Assembly (NCBI GenBank): GCA_017999345.1
Contig: JAGNLY010000002.1
Location: forward strand, 4,425 to 68,424
DNA from: Candidatus Woesebacteria bacterium
Lineage (GTDB): Bacteria > Patescibacteriota > Microgenomatia > UBA1400 > PJMF01
DNA: 64,000 nucleotides
Direction: 5' to 3'
Shown here: one piece after another, positions 38,649-47,615 of the stretch
Position numbering within the stretch: position 1 is the stretch's first letter
Layout: each line of letters begins with the position of its first letter
Position numbers and translations under genes: made by a program
The notes under the pieces: generated by a model
Told to the model about the DNA's origin: nothing
The model's database searches: none
What the model saw: the letters and a program-made list of their open reading frames with translations, nothing else

Positions 38649-39471
38649 CTTCAACTACTAATGGCAAATGGTCGGAAATATCCACGTTGAGACAACTTTT
38701 ACTGATTATTTCAATATCATTTGAAACAAACATCATATCAACAGCCGCAGTTGCGTAACCAGGGTCTTTGACCAAATCTTTTCTGGCTAAATTAAAACTT
38801 GTGACTAATTCTGTTTTAAAAACACTTTCAAGAGTTTTTGAGATGTTTTCTACAACCTTTGTGTCTGGATTAAAATTAAAATCACCGGCCAAGATGAGAG
38901 GCTGATTGTTGCCTATTTCATTTAAAATAACTTTGCCCATTTCAGTTCTTCTCTCCGTATCTTCTCCATGAGTTCCCCAAATTCCTTGGGTATTTAAAAC
39001 ATGAAGCAACGGTTCATTTTGAGTTTGATCTGCCAAATTTTGAACTTGGTCTACCGAATTTTGAGTTTGATCAGCCAAATTAATAGTGACATGCTGCAAA
39101 TTTCTTGGAGTAACTGGGAAATACTCATATTGGTCAATTCTTTCACCAAAAGGAATATCGTAAAAACAAGTTTTTGAATTTTTGATGGCAAACCTACTAA
39201 AAATAGCGTTGCCTTGATTAATTTTTTGATTTTCACCAATATTTTCGATAAATGCTGGCGCAAAATCTGAATATTTATACCCAAGTTCATTTTTTAAAAC
39301 TGAAAAAGCTCTAAATCTTTTTTCCAAACTGATATCTTTACCATCAAAAACTTCTTGCAACATCAAAATGTCAGGATCTTGTGCTTTTAGAAACTCTACA
39401 ATCTCTTCGAAAAGCAGGCCTCCTAACCAAATATTTAAACTAATAATTTTTAGCTTCATAGGTTCATTCAT
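38626..39471 (-). CDS. endonuclease/exonuclease/phosphatase (EEP) family protein
   Basis: LNIWLGG, DILMLQEV, LAGDFNF, C-terminal DISDHLPL; internal NLADQTQN duplication. Confidence 0.75.
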   Translation of the reverse strand: MNEPMKLKIISLNIWLGGLLFEEIVEFLKAQDPDILMLQEVFDGKDISLEKRFRAFSVLKNELGYKYSDFAPAFIENIGENQKINQGNAIFSRFAIKNSKTCFYDIPFGERIDQYEYFPVTPRNLQHVTINLADQTQNSVDQVQNLADQTQNEPLLHVLNTQGIWGTHGEDTERRTEMGKVILNEIGNNQPLILAGDFNFNPDTKVVENISKTLESVFKTELVTSFNLARKDLVKDPGYATAAVDMMFVSNDIEIISKSCLNVDISDHLPLVVEVNLVPHQ

Positions 39472-39521
39472 CAGAGTATGTTAGCATTATTTAGCCAATT
39501 TTTCCTGATATAATTCATTTT

Positions 39522-40745
39522 ATGTTTATTTTGAATGTTATTAATTCTGAAGTTGCTCATTTCAAGAACCTTTCGCAAAAAGCTAGGTCTCTAACTTGGT
39601 CGATTCTGCTTTACCAGCTGGCCAACGTCAGTATTTGGATTTTTATGATTGCCTATATGGTGCAGAAATCCAACCAAATTGAAATTCCAGCAATTTTTGC
39701 CCTAGGATTTTATATCACCATGCCAATTGCATTTATTTGGGCGGCTTTCTTATTAAAGAAATACTCACTTAAAAATGTTTCTTTGTTTGGTTTGGCGGGA
39801 ATGGGCATAATGACCTTGATTCTTTTTTGGATGCAAGATCTTAACACCACCACTGTTTTTATATATGGACTTTTTTATGGTTTACCAATGGGATTGTATT
39901 GGGCTACAAGAAATTTTATTTTTTCTGCAGAAATCACTGACGCCCACCGCGACTATGTTTCAGGATTCACAGGATCGGTTGGTTCAATAACCAGCACCAT
40001 CATACCTCTAATTATTGGCTGGGTGATAGCCCTCTCGCCATCATTTGGTTGGGAAAAGGTTTCAATCTACAGGCTAATAGCTTTTATCAGTATGTGTTTT
40101 TATATAATTGCTGGATTAATAATCAAGAAAAAAAGTACACTAAATCCAATAATTAATAAGCTTTGGCTAAAAAACCCTTCTAAGCAATGGAAAACTTTTA
40201 GACTTTTTACATTTTTGGGCAGCATTCAATTTACCCTAGCACTAGCCTTACCAGGTGCATTAATCATTACATATATTGGCGATGAAGGAATCTTGGGTAC
40301 AATTATTGGTATTACGAGTTTAGTATCTGGACTATGTCTTTATATCTTAGGAAGACTGAAAAATGCGGCAGAAAATAGAACTAAAATACTTTTATTTGGA
40401 TTAATTCCATTAATCATCAGCTCTTTGCTCTTGTTAGTTTCATTCAATTATCTAAGCATCATGATTTATCTTGTGATAATGATTGTCTTCGATAAACTTT
40501 ATTGGTTTGTATTTTTTCCAATTTTCTTCAATCAGGTAGAAAAAAATAGTGACCAAGGTGTTACAAATGACTACCGACTAATTATGGACCAAGAGATTTT
40601 TATTAATTTAGGCAGAGCCCTAATGAGCTTGGTTTACTTATTCTTAATTTTCAAATTTGATAATAAAACTGCCATTACTATCATCATATTATTGGCCGCA
40701 GTCTCACAGATTGGCATTCTTGGTTTAGCTAAGAAATTAAAATAA
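39522..40745 (+). CDS. MFS-type transporter (putative)
   Basis: 407 aa, about 12 hydrophobic helices in 6+6 arrangement; no diagnostic motif seen. Confidence 0.55.
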   Translation: MFILNVINSEVAHFKNLSQKARSLTWSILLYQLANVSIWIFMIAYMVQKSNQIEIPAIFALGFYITMPIAFIWAAFLLKKYSLKNVSLFGLAGMGIMTLILFWMQDLNTTTVFIYGLFYGLPMGLYWATRNFIFSAEITDAHRDYVSGFTGSVGSITSTIIPLIIGWVIALSPSFGWEKVSIYRLIAFISMCFYIIAGLIIKKKSTLNPIINKLWLKNPSKQWKTFRLFTFLGSIQFTLALALPGALIITYIGDEGILGTIIGITSLVSGLCLYILGRLKNAAENRTKILLFGLIPLIISSLLLLVSFNYLSIMIYLVIMIVFDKLYWFVFFPIFFNQVEKNSDQGVTNDYRLIMDQEIFINLGRALMSLVYLFLIFKFDNKTAITIIILLAAVSQIGILGLAKKLK

Positions 40746-40790
40746 TAATTGGTTTAAACAAAAAAAAGTTTATTATTAAGGTAAGTAATT

Positions 40791-41660
40791 ATGGATAAAA
40801 CTTTATTAAGCATACTTGCAGGATTGGGAGGAATGGTTGGTTGGGGAACATCAGATTTTTTTGCTAATATTTCATCAGATAAAGTAGGTCATTTAAAAAC
40901 ATTCTTTTGGTCGCAATTGGCAGGTATCGTCTTAACTTTAATTTTAATCCCTATCTTTGGCTTTTACTCAAATATCACTTTTATATTTGGATTTTTTGTT
41001 ATTCTGGCTTCATTGTTCTATTCAGCAGGATATTTACTTTTTTACAAAGCCTTTGAAATTGGCAATGTTTCCATCGTGGCTGCCTCAATTAATTTATATG
41101 TAATTCTTTCAATGATTATTGCTGCAATATTCTCCAAACAAACTCTGACAACCTCTCAGGGCATCGCCATAACCTTAGTGCTAACTGGTGTAACATTAGT
41201 TTCCATTAACTTTGAGGATCTTAGATCAAAAAAAATTAAGCTATTTGCTGGAATAAAAGAAGTCTTATTTGCGTCTTTATTTTTTGGAATTTTTTGGGGC
41301 ATGAGTGAACATATTTCTGAAAAAATTGGTTGGTTGCCAACTACACTTTATATAAAATTTGTTGCCATAATTTCTATATTTATTTTTGCGATGATTTCAA
41401 AAAAACCACTCAAGCTAAGTAAAACTGAATCAAAAGCTTGGTATTTTATTATGTTGGTTGGATTACTTGAGGCAGGGGCTGTAGCGAGTGTAAATTTTGG
41501 GCTTGAATTTGGCGACTTGATTCTAGTCTCGCCGATATCCTCTGCACTATCTGTTGTCACAATATCTATGGCAGTTATTTTTCTAAAAGAAAAACTCTCA
41601 AAAATTCAGGTAGTTGGGATCGTCACAACTTTGGTTGGAATAATTTTAACCACTATTTAA
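40791..41660 (+). CDS. EamA/DMT-family transporter
   Basis: 289 aa, 10 TM helices, two EamA-like halves. Confidence 0.75.
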   Translation: MDKTLLSILAGLGGMVGWGTSDFFANISSDKVGHLKTFFWSQLAGIVLTLILIPIFGFYSNITFIFGFFVILASLFYSAGYLLFYKAFEIGNVSIVAASINLYVILSMIIAAIFSKQTLTTSQGIAITLVLTGVTLVSINFEDLRSKKIKLFAGIKEVLFASLFFGIFWGMSEHISEKIGWLPTTLYIKFVAIISIFIFAMISKKPLKLSKTESKAWYFIMLVGLLEAGAVASVNFGLEFGDLILVSPISSALSVVTISMAVIFLKEKLSKIQVVGIVTTLVGIILTTI

Positions 41661-41694
41661 TGGTTAAAATTGTTTGGTATTTAATAGATACATC

Positions 41695-42555
41695 TTAGAT
41701 TTTTAAAATCAAATTTAACTTATTTTCAGGCACTGCTAAAATATTTTGAAAACCAAAAATCTCGTGAGTTAAAGGTCGATAATTTTTGAGTGGATACAAT
41801 CCATGAGGCAAAATTCTATAAAATGAATAACCTGGCAAAAGATTTACAAAATCTTTGAAGAAATTTCCCGAAAAAACATTCATTTCGTTAAATTCAAATT
41901 GAATAAAACCAATTTTTTGATCATTAATTAATTGTTTTGCTCCCTGCAAAACTTGGAGCTCGTGCCCTTCCGTGTCTATTTTAAGAAAATCAATCATTTT
42001 TATTTTTTGTTGGCGAACAAATTCATCCAAAGTAATTTTTCTCACTAAAAATGATTGTGCTTTTTGTCCATGAAGTTGATTAATCACCGTTTTATTTAGT
42101 GACGAAAGTTGCGAAGTTGGTTGAGTTTTTTTTAGCTGCGTGTCGTCTGCAAAATCCCAAAGCTTAGCAGTACCTTTTTTATTACTAACTGCAAAATTAA
42201 ACTTCAAAATTCTTTTGTTTTTTCTAAAAATATTAGTTAATTTTTCAAAAGTTTTTGGATGAGGCTCAATTGCATAAATTTTTGCTTTTTTAAAATATTT
42301 GTACCCATATACATCCGTATTGGAGCCTACATCAAAGATTATTTTTGGGTTCCATTTTTGGGAAAGTTGTTTCAAAAGATAATCTTCACCGGTTGCCTCA
42401 CTAACTTCTGAATTTAAGATTCCCAATCCTCGCAATGAAAGTTTAAACAGGTGCTCGTTGAACTTATAAAAAATAGGTCTGCAAAAAATCCAGCGATAAA
42501 ATTTAAAAAAAGTATTCATAAAAATGATTTTGGCGTCAATTTTTGCTGATGCCAT
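41695..42555 (-). CDS. FkbM-family methyltransferase
   Basis: IFDVGSNTDVYG (SAM-binding loop), IDFLKIDTEGHELQVLQGA typical FkbM block. Confidence 0.8.
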   Translation of the reverse strand: MASAKIDAKIIFMNTFFKFYRWIFCRPIFYKFNEHLFKLSLRGLGILNSEVSEATGEDYLLKQLSQKWNPKIIFDVGSNTDVYGYKYFKKAKIYAIEPHPKTFEKLTNIFRKNKRILKFNFAVSNKKGTAKLWDFADDTQLKKTQPTSQLSSLNKTVINQLHGQKAQSFLVRKITLDEFVRQQKIKMIDFLKIDTEGHELQVLQGAKQLINDQKIGFIQFEFNEMNVFSGNFFKDFVNLLPGYSFYRILPHGLYPLKNYRPLTHEIFGFQNILAVPENKLNLILKI

Positions 42556-42629
42556 TTGTGTATTATACCAAGAGATATTAATTATTATGGAATTTATGGT
42601 TTTTATGAATTTTCTTAAGGAATTAAAAA

Positions 42630-43556
42630 TTATTTTCTTTCCTTTTTTGATCTTGAACCACGAAATTCATCGCCTATTTGTTTCCAAATATCATTCCCTA
42701 AGAATGCTTGAATTTCAGCATATTGGGTAACTCTTTTGGAAAAAAAATCATCTCCTAAATCTCCTTCTTCCATCTCTTTCTGTCTTAAGTCATATTTATA
42801 ATTCACGGAAGCAGGCACAACAGCAATTCCCTCTCTAATAGCCCGATGAACAGGTTCCATCAATCCCTCCCACCTAGGACCCTTGCTCTCAAGAAAAAAC
42901 CTAGCAGCTGCTCTTGAAAAAACTTTAGGACCAAACCAAAGATCTAAATTTTGAGAACCAACAATTTTTGCAGCTTCTCTATTTGCTCTTTTCTCAATCC
43001 AAGCTTGTTTTTGCGGCAAAGTTTCCCAGCCTTCTTGCATACGTGCTGGTACCACAATTTCAGCATTTTGTTCAGTAAATGTTAGTAGAATTTTTTCCAA
43101 GTTTTCTTGGGTAACTAAATCTGCTTTTTCAGGCTCAATCCAAAGACAAAATTCTGCACCTTCTTTATCTGAAACATCTCTCTTACCGCTATTCCATTCA
43201 TCAATGGTACCACCAAAAACACTAAAAAATGCCAATCTCCTGCTCTCTCCCATAGACATTTTTTCTTTAGCTGATGTTTCTGGAATAACTCTAATAACCT
43301 CTCTATTTGCTTCGGAGTTAATTTTATTTATTTCATCAAAAAATTCCTTATTAGAACCGCCATCAGTCAAAACACATGTTGCGCCAACCTTGGCAACATT
43401 TCTAAAAGTGTCTAAAGCCAGTTGCATTCTCAATATAGAAGTTTCGTTGGCTAATTTAATTTTTTTTAGCTCCTCACCCTTCAATTCATTGGTAATTTCA
43501 ACGATCGGATAATATGTCGAAGTACAAAGTACTATTTTTGAAATATTGGCGCTCAT
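42630..43556 (-). CDS. hypothetical protein, possibly GT-A-fold glycosyltransferase
   Basis: KIVLCTSTYYP strand, VLTDGGS, WIEPEK, LWFGPKVFSR loosely follow the GT2 pattern; ATG 43556 abuts the upstream ORF stop. Confidence 0.35.
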   Translation of the reverse strand: MSANISKIVLCTSTYYPIVEITNELKGEELKKIKLANETSILRMQLALDTFRNVAKVGATCVLTDGGSNKEFFDEINKINSEANREVIRVIPETSAKEKMSMGESRRLAFFSVFGGTIDEWNSGKRDVSDKEGAEFCLWIEPEKADLVTQENLEKILLTFTEQNAEIVVPARMQEGWETLPQKQAWIEKRANREAAKIVGSQNLDLWFGPKVFSRAAARFFLESKGPRWEGLMEPVHRAIREGIAVVPASVNYKYDLRQKEMEEGDLGDDFFSKRVTQYAEIQAFLGNDIWKQIGDEFRGSRSKKERK

Positions 43557-43557
43557 C

Positions 43558-43914
43558 TTAGGATTTTTCTTTTTCATCCGTAAATTCCCACTTAACTCCA
43601 GAATTAAGAACATTTGGCATATGTTGCATCTTTAGAGCCATTTCGCGTTCCTCCGTTGTGCCCTTGATAACAGCAGTTCTTTTTTGCTCACCAGTTCTTC
43701 CATCAATAAAAGCTTTTAATTTCATCCCTAGAAAATAGTCGCCTTTCCATGGAACAGCAATTTTTAAATGGACTGCCAGTTTTCTATATTTTCTTAGTTC
43801 ATCGCTGAAAACCATTGGATCCATGGTTAAAAATTGTTCACTGAGGTCAATAATTTCTAGCTCCATTTCTTTAGCTGATGGTTCTTCAAGTGTTTTTTTA
43901 TATTCTTCATGCAT
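43558..43914 (-). CDS. hypothetical protein
   Basis: 118-aa ORF co-directional and contiguous with the next ORF; no motif recognised. Confidence 0.5.
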   Translation of the reverse strand: MHEEYKKTLEEPSAKEMELEIIDLSEQFLTMDPMVFSDELRKYRKLAVHLKIAVPWKGDYFLGMKLKAFIDGRTGEQKRTAVIKGTTEEREMALKMQHMPNVLNSGVKWEFTDEKEKS

Positions 43915-43967
43915 AAAAATATTCTATCATTTTGCTGGAACTTTTGAATGATATCTAAACTTACTCC

Positions 43968-44864
43968 TTAACCGAAAATCTTTACGATTGCCAAACCGAT
44001 CAGAATCAATATTCCTACAAATATTTTTCTTGAAAGGTTTTTTTCTTTGAATAAAATAGCACCAATTACAATGGTAAAGAAGACACTTGATGATAAAACA
44101 GCTGAAACATATCCTGCTTTGCCTTGCTCTAAAGCTGCGAACCTCAGCCAAGTATATGCTGCCACCACCAAGCCAATCAAAGAAAATGGAACTATATTAA
44201 CACTTATTTGATTCAAAGACTTTTTGGCTTTTACTAGTGCAATTAGTAACAATGAAATGGAAACAAAAAAATAATTTATCAGTGAATAAAAATAAATATC
44301 TGATGATTTAATCGCCAACTTATCTATCAAAATACCCAAAGAATATGATAAAAGCATGAGAATTATATATTTAAAAGCTTGATTACTAACAAGATATTTA
44401 AATGGATCTAAAAAATGTTCATTTTTCTTTTCCAAATTAAGAATATACAAAGCAAATACAATTATCACCATGCCAAAAACACCAATTATTGTTGGAAACT
44501 CTCTGAAAAAAATAGCTCCAAAGAAGGTTGTCATTAATGGGCTGAGGCCTAAAAGTGGTGCCACATAACTCACTTCTTCTGTTTTTAAAGCTTTGTAGAA
44601 AAATATCATTTCCATTGGAGTCATTACAAATGAAATTAAAAATATAGCTCCCCAAAATCTAAGTGGTAACTCACTAATAGCTGGAAAATGAGCTATTCCA
44701 AATATAAAAGGAAGTATAAATAGCGGCAACGCAAATAATCTAACCGACAACGCAAGAATATATGGATCAACTTTTTGTAGAGACCATTTTTCCAAAATAC
44801 TTCTTAATGAATAAATCAGTGCTGATAGAGAAGCAAATATAAACCACATGGAGATATTATACAT
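43968..44864 (-). CDS. EamA/DMT-family transporter
   Basis: 298 aa, 10 TM helices; third EamA paralogue in the window. Confidence 0.75.
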   Translation of the reverse strand: MYNISMWFIFASLSALIYSLRSILEKWSLQKVDPYILALSVRLFALPLFILPFIFGIAHFPAISELPLRFWGAIFLISFVMTPMEMIFFYKALKTEEVSYVAPLLGLSPLMTTFFGAIFFREFPTIIGVFGMVIIVFALYILNLEKKNEHFLDPFKYLVSNQAFKYIILMLLSYSLGILIDKLAIKSSDIYFYSLINYFFVSISLLLIALVKAKKSLNQISVNIVPFSLIGLVVAAYTWLRFAALEQGKAGYVSAVLSSSVFFTIVIGAILFKEKNLSRKIFVGILILIGLAIVKIFG

Positions 44865-44912
44865 ATAGACTAATGTGCTAGACTACAATAAATTAAAAAC
44901 AAAAAGGAGAAT

Positions 44913-45053
44913 ATGAAGAAAGAAGGCGACGAAATCAATCATGAGGCATTGAAAACACCTGATTTAATGACTAATCTTCTATCTAGAATCGAAAATTCGG
45001 CAAAACCACCCGGCGGCGGAGATGATGACGCCTGGAATCATTGGGAAGATTAA
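44913..45053 (+). CDS. small ORF (46 aa), candidate precursor peptide; absent from the ORF track
   Basis: AAGGAG at 44904-44909, ATG 44913, TAA 45051-45053; MKKEGDEINHEALKTPDLMTNLLSRIENSAKPPGGGDDDAWNHWED; overlaps the TTG start of the next ORF by 13 nt. Confidence 0.45.
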   Translation: MKKEGDEINHEALKTPDLMTNLLSRIENSAKPPGGGDDDAWNHWED

Positions 45054-46600
45054 TATTTAATAAATATAAGTTAATTTTTAATGTGAGTATATTCAAAAGC
45101 ACTCTACGTGCAGTAATTCACACATCCGATCTCACAAATTTTCTTCATTGGAAAAATAAAAGTGACTTAAATTTTTTGTCACTTCAATCTAAACAAAGCT
45201 TTATAAAGCTTGCAGCTTTTTCTTATCCAAAAACCACTTTTAATATCAATAAATATGAACTTTCATGTTCATATTTGCTTGCCGACGATGATAAATTTAC
45301 AATTACTTTGTCTGAAAAAGGTTGTCAGATTTCTACGCCCTTGCTTTCCGAACTACAAGTATTTTGGTTTAAAACAAATAGTGTTCTATATTTTGCAGAT
45401 AGTTTTTTTGACCTTATAGAACTAATTCCTGTAAATGAGCGTCCAAAATTAAATTTAACAGGAATATTAGAATACATTACACATACCTACTCTATTCAAA
45501 ATAGAACTCTCTTTCATGGGGTCACCCTTTTATCAGGCAATCAAATACTTAACTGGAATAAAAATGATGTAAATATTAAATTGCGAAAACCAGTTGCAGA
45601 TCAAATCAAAAGTTTTCCAGTTCCCAAAAACAAACTTGAAGCAATCAACAAAATTTCAAACTTGGTTTCTGCCCAAATTGCCAAAATTTCTCCAATTTTA
45701 GTAAAAGTAGGAGCACTATCTGGTGGAACTGATAGTGCAATTATTTCACATTTGGCTACAAAATTTGGATGCACAAAATTTATAACAATTCTTTTGTCTG
45801 GAGAAGCTGCTGCTATTCAGCTCAAACAACTTAGCCAGATCAAAAAATATATAAAAGGTGATTTCTTTACTTCAAAAGCTAATCATCAACCTTTGTTAGT
45901 TTCACAAGAAAACTGGCAACTTGATCCGTATATAAATCCATATCTTTCTATAAATCTTCCCTTAATCAAACAAATTAAAAAAGCCAACTGCGAAATTCAT
46001 CTCGATGGGATTGGAGGTGGCGATTTTTTCAGCATCAGTCGTCAAATTTCAAAAAATAAAGAGATTAAAACAAATGATTTAAAAATTTTTTCCGAGTTTT
46101 TTTCGGATTTGGGCAAATCTCATTTTTCAGAAAAATTAGCAACAAACACTTCAAAAAATATTAACACCCTAATTCCATCCGACTTATCTTCAACTTTGCT
46201 TGAAAAAAATATTCCTTTTAAAAAAGCAGGAATCTGGCCAATTAGTCCATTTCTATCAAATTCGTTAATATCTTATTCGCTGCATCTTCCAAAAGAAATG
46301 ATGTATGGCAAAGCTGTTTTAAACACGTATCTAGAAAATAACTTTCAAATGACAGATCAGAAAAAAACTGGTAGTTTCTTTCCATATTTTTCTGAAAGTT
46401 TCAAAAAACTTGTGCAAGAAAAAGGGGTGGAATTTTATACAAACTCTTTATTGTTTAGTTCTGGTCTATTTGATAATTCAAAAGTTATGGATTTAGTCAA
46501 AAAAATGCTCAAAGAATCAGAAGATGTGTCTAATTCTGATAAATCATTTCTATTTTTCTTTACACGATTGGAAATTTATTTTCGCTACCTTTATCCGTAA
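45041..46600 (+). CDS. asparagine synthetase B-like adenylating enzyme lacking the glutaminase nucleophile
   Basis: LYFADSF, TLFHGVTLLSGNQIL, PP-loop ALSGGTDSAI, DGIGGGDFF follow AsnB/lasso-cyclase/beta-lactam-synthetase blocks; no Cys after the initiator; start TTG 45041 or GTG 45083. Confidence 0.7.
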   Translation: MGRLIFNKYKLIFNVSIFKSTLRAVIHTSDLTNFLHWKNKSDLNFLSLQSKQSFIKLAAFSYPKTTFNINKYELSCSYLLADDDKFTITLSEKGCQISTPLLSELQVFWFKTNSVLYFADSFFDLIELIPVNERPKLNLTGILEYITHTYSIQNRTLFHGVTLLSGNQILNWNKNDVNIKLRKPVADQIKSFPVPKNKLEAINKISNLVSAQIAKISPILVKVGALSGGTDSAIISHLATKFGCTKFITILLSGEAAAIQLKQLSQIKKYIKGDFFTSKANHQPLLVSQENWQLDPYINPYLSINLPLIKQIKKANCEIHLDGIGGGDFFSISRQISKNKEIKTNDLKIFSEFFSDLGKSHFSEKLATNTSKNINTLIPSDLSSTLLEKNIPFKKAGIWPISPFLSNSLISYSLHLPKEMMYGKAVLNTYLENNFQMTDQKKTGSFFPYFSESFKKLVQEKGVEFYTNSLLFSSGLFDNSKVMDLVKKMLKESEDVSNSDKSFLFFFTRLEIYFRYLYP

Positions 46601-46633
46601 TGGGCTTATGATAGTCTGACTTTAAGAAAGACC

Positions 46634-47596
46634 TCAATCTTGAACTGTTAAATTCTCTGGCGCTTCCTCTCCTTTTGTTATCAAAATTTCAAAATATGCG
46701 TCATGATCTTCAGCATCATTTTCGTGATATTTAACTGATAAACTCACGCCTATGACACCGGCCCATTTTTTTTGAATTAAACCGATCTCTTCTGACAAAA
46801 ACATTGGAGCTTGCAATAACATTATTCCGTTAGGAGACAACTTATTCCAACACTGATTCAACAACCACAACCATATTCCTGGATCTTCAGGGATTTTGAA
46901 ATATGCACCTTTACCCATAGAAATAATAAAATCAAGATTATTTGGAAGTTTAGCCCATGTTTTTTTTGATAAAACATCGCCATAAATTGGATTAATATTT
47001 GGTTTAATATTATCTTTTTTCTGTCCCAATCTAATTGCGTAGCCTTTATCGACATCTAGCTCTTCTAGAACTGTGGTTCCTCCAAGTATGTTGGCTACTG
47101 AAACCTCACCCTTTCTATCCTTAATGGCTTTAACCAACTCCTTAATAGTGATTCCACCCAAAACTGAGGAGAAAAACAGTTCGTAAGCATCTAATGATGC
47201 TTCGTCAAAACCCCAGTTATCTACTTCTGGTTTTCTCAATTCTCTTCTAAGTCTAAACAATGATAAAAACTTTTTTTTGGGTTTGACAATCTTTTCAATC
47301 ATTTCTTTTCTCAAATTTGCATCTATCACAATTTTTGCCGTGAGGTCAAAAGGTTCACTTGAATCACTACTAGTTGTGCCAACTATTTTAACCAAAGACA
47401 TATCTATTAACTCTTTAAGGAAGCCTATTAGCTCAGTGATAGGTTGATCTTCATCGGAGCTAAACAATAGCAAATCCTCAACTCTAGATCTGGCCAATGT
47501 GTTCGAAGAATAACTTGCAAGCGACTCTAATAATTTTTGAGCACCTTTTGAAAGGAATTTTAACTGTTCTAAAATGTTTTTATCTTCATCAATCAT
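46634..47596 (-). CDS. hypothetical protein, C-terminal half weakly class-I methyltransferase-like
   Basis: 320 aa; VANILGGTT, YGDVL, DFIISMG, LSPNGIMLLQ in Rossmann-MTase order but no clean GxGxG. Confidence 0.45.
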   Translation of the reverse strand: MIDEDKNILEQLKFLSKGAQKLLESLASYSSNTLARSRVEDLLLFSSDEDQPITELIGFLKELIDMSLVKIVGTTSSDSSEPFDLTAKIVIDANLRKEMIEKIVKPKKKFLSLFRLRRELRKPEVDNWGFDEASLDAYELFFSSVLGGITIKELVKAIKDRKGEVSVANILGGTTVLEELDVDKGYAIRLGQKKDNIKPNINPIYGDVLSKKTWAKLPNNLDFIISMGKGAYFKIPEDPGIWLWLLNQCWNKLSPNGIMLLQAPMFLSEEIGLIQKKWAGVIGVSLSVKYHENDAEDHDAYFEILITKGEEAPENLTVQD

Positions 47597-47615
47597 TGTT
47601 ATAATGTACTACATT

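Noticed and set aside
43927-44151. 74-aa ORF overlapping the 3' end of the EamA transporter gene
   Set aside because: It is an alternative frame of the same strand inside a 10-TM transporter ORF. It has a Cys/Arg-rich nonsense-like composition.
44913-46600. Calling the peptide/AsnB-like pair a canonical lasso-peptide gene cluster
   Set aside because: No B (transglutaminase-like protease), B1/RRE (PqqD-like) or ABC transporter gene is present within at least 10 kb. The leader also lacks the conserved Thr at -2. It is reported only as a lasso-like candidate.
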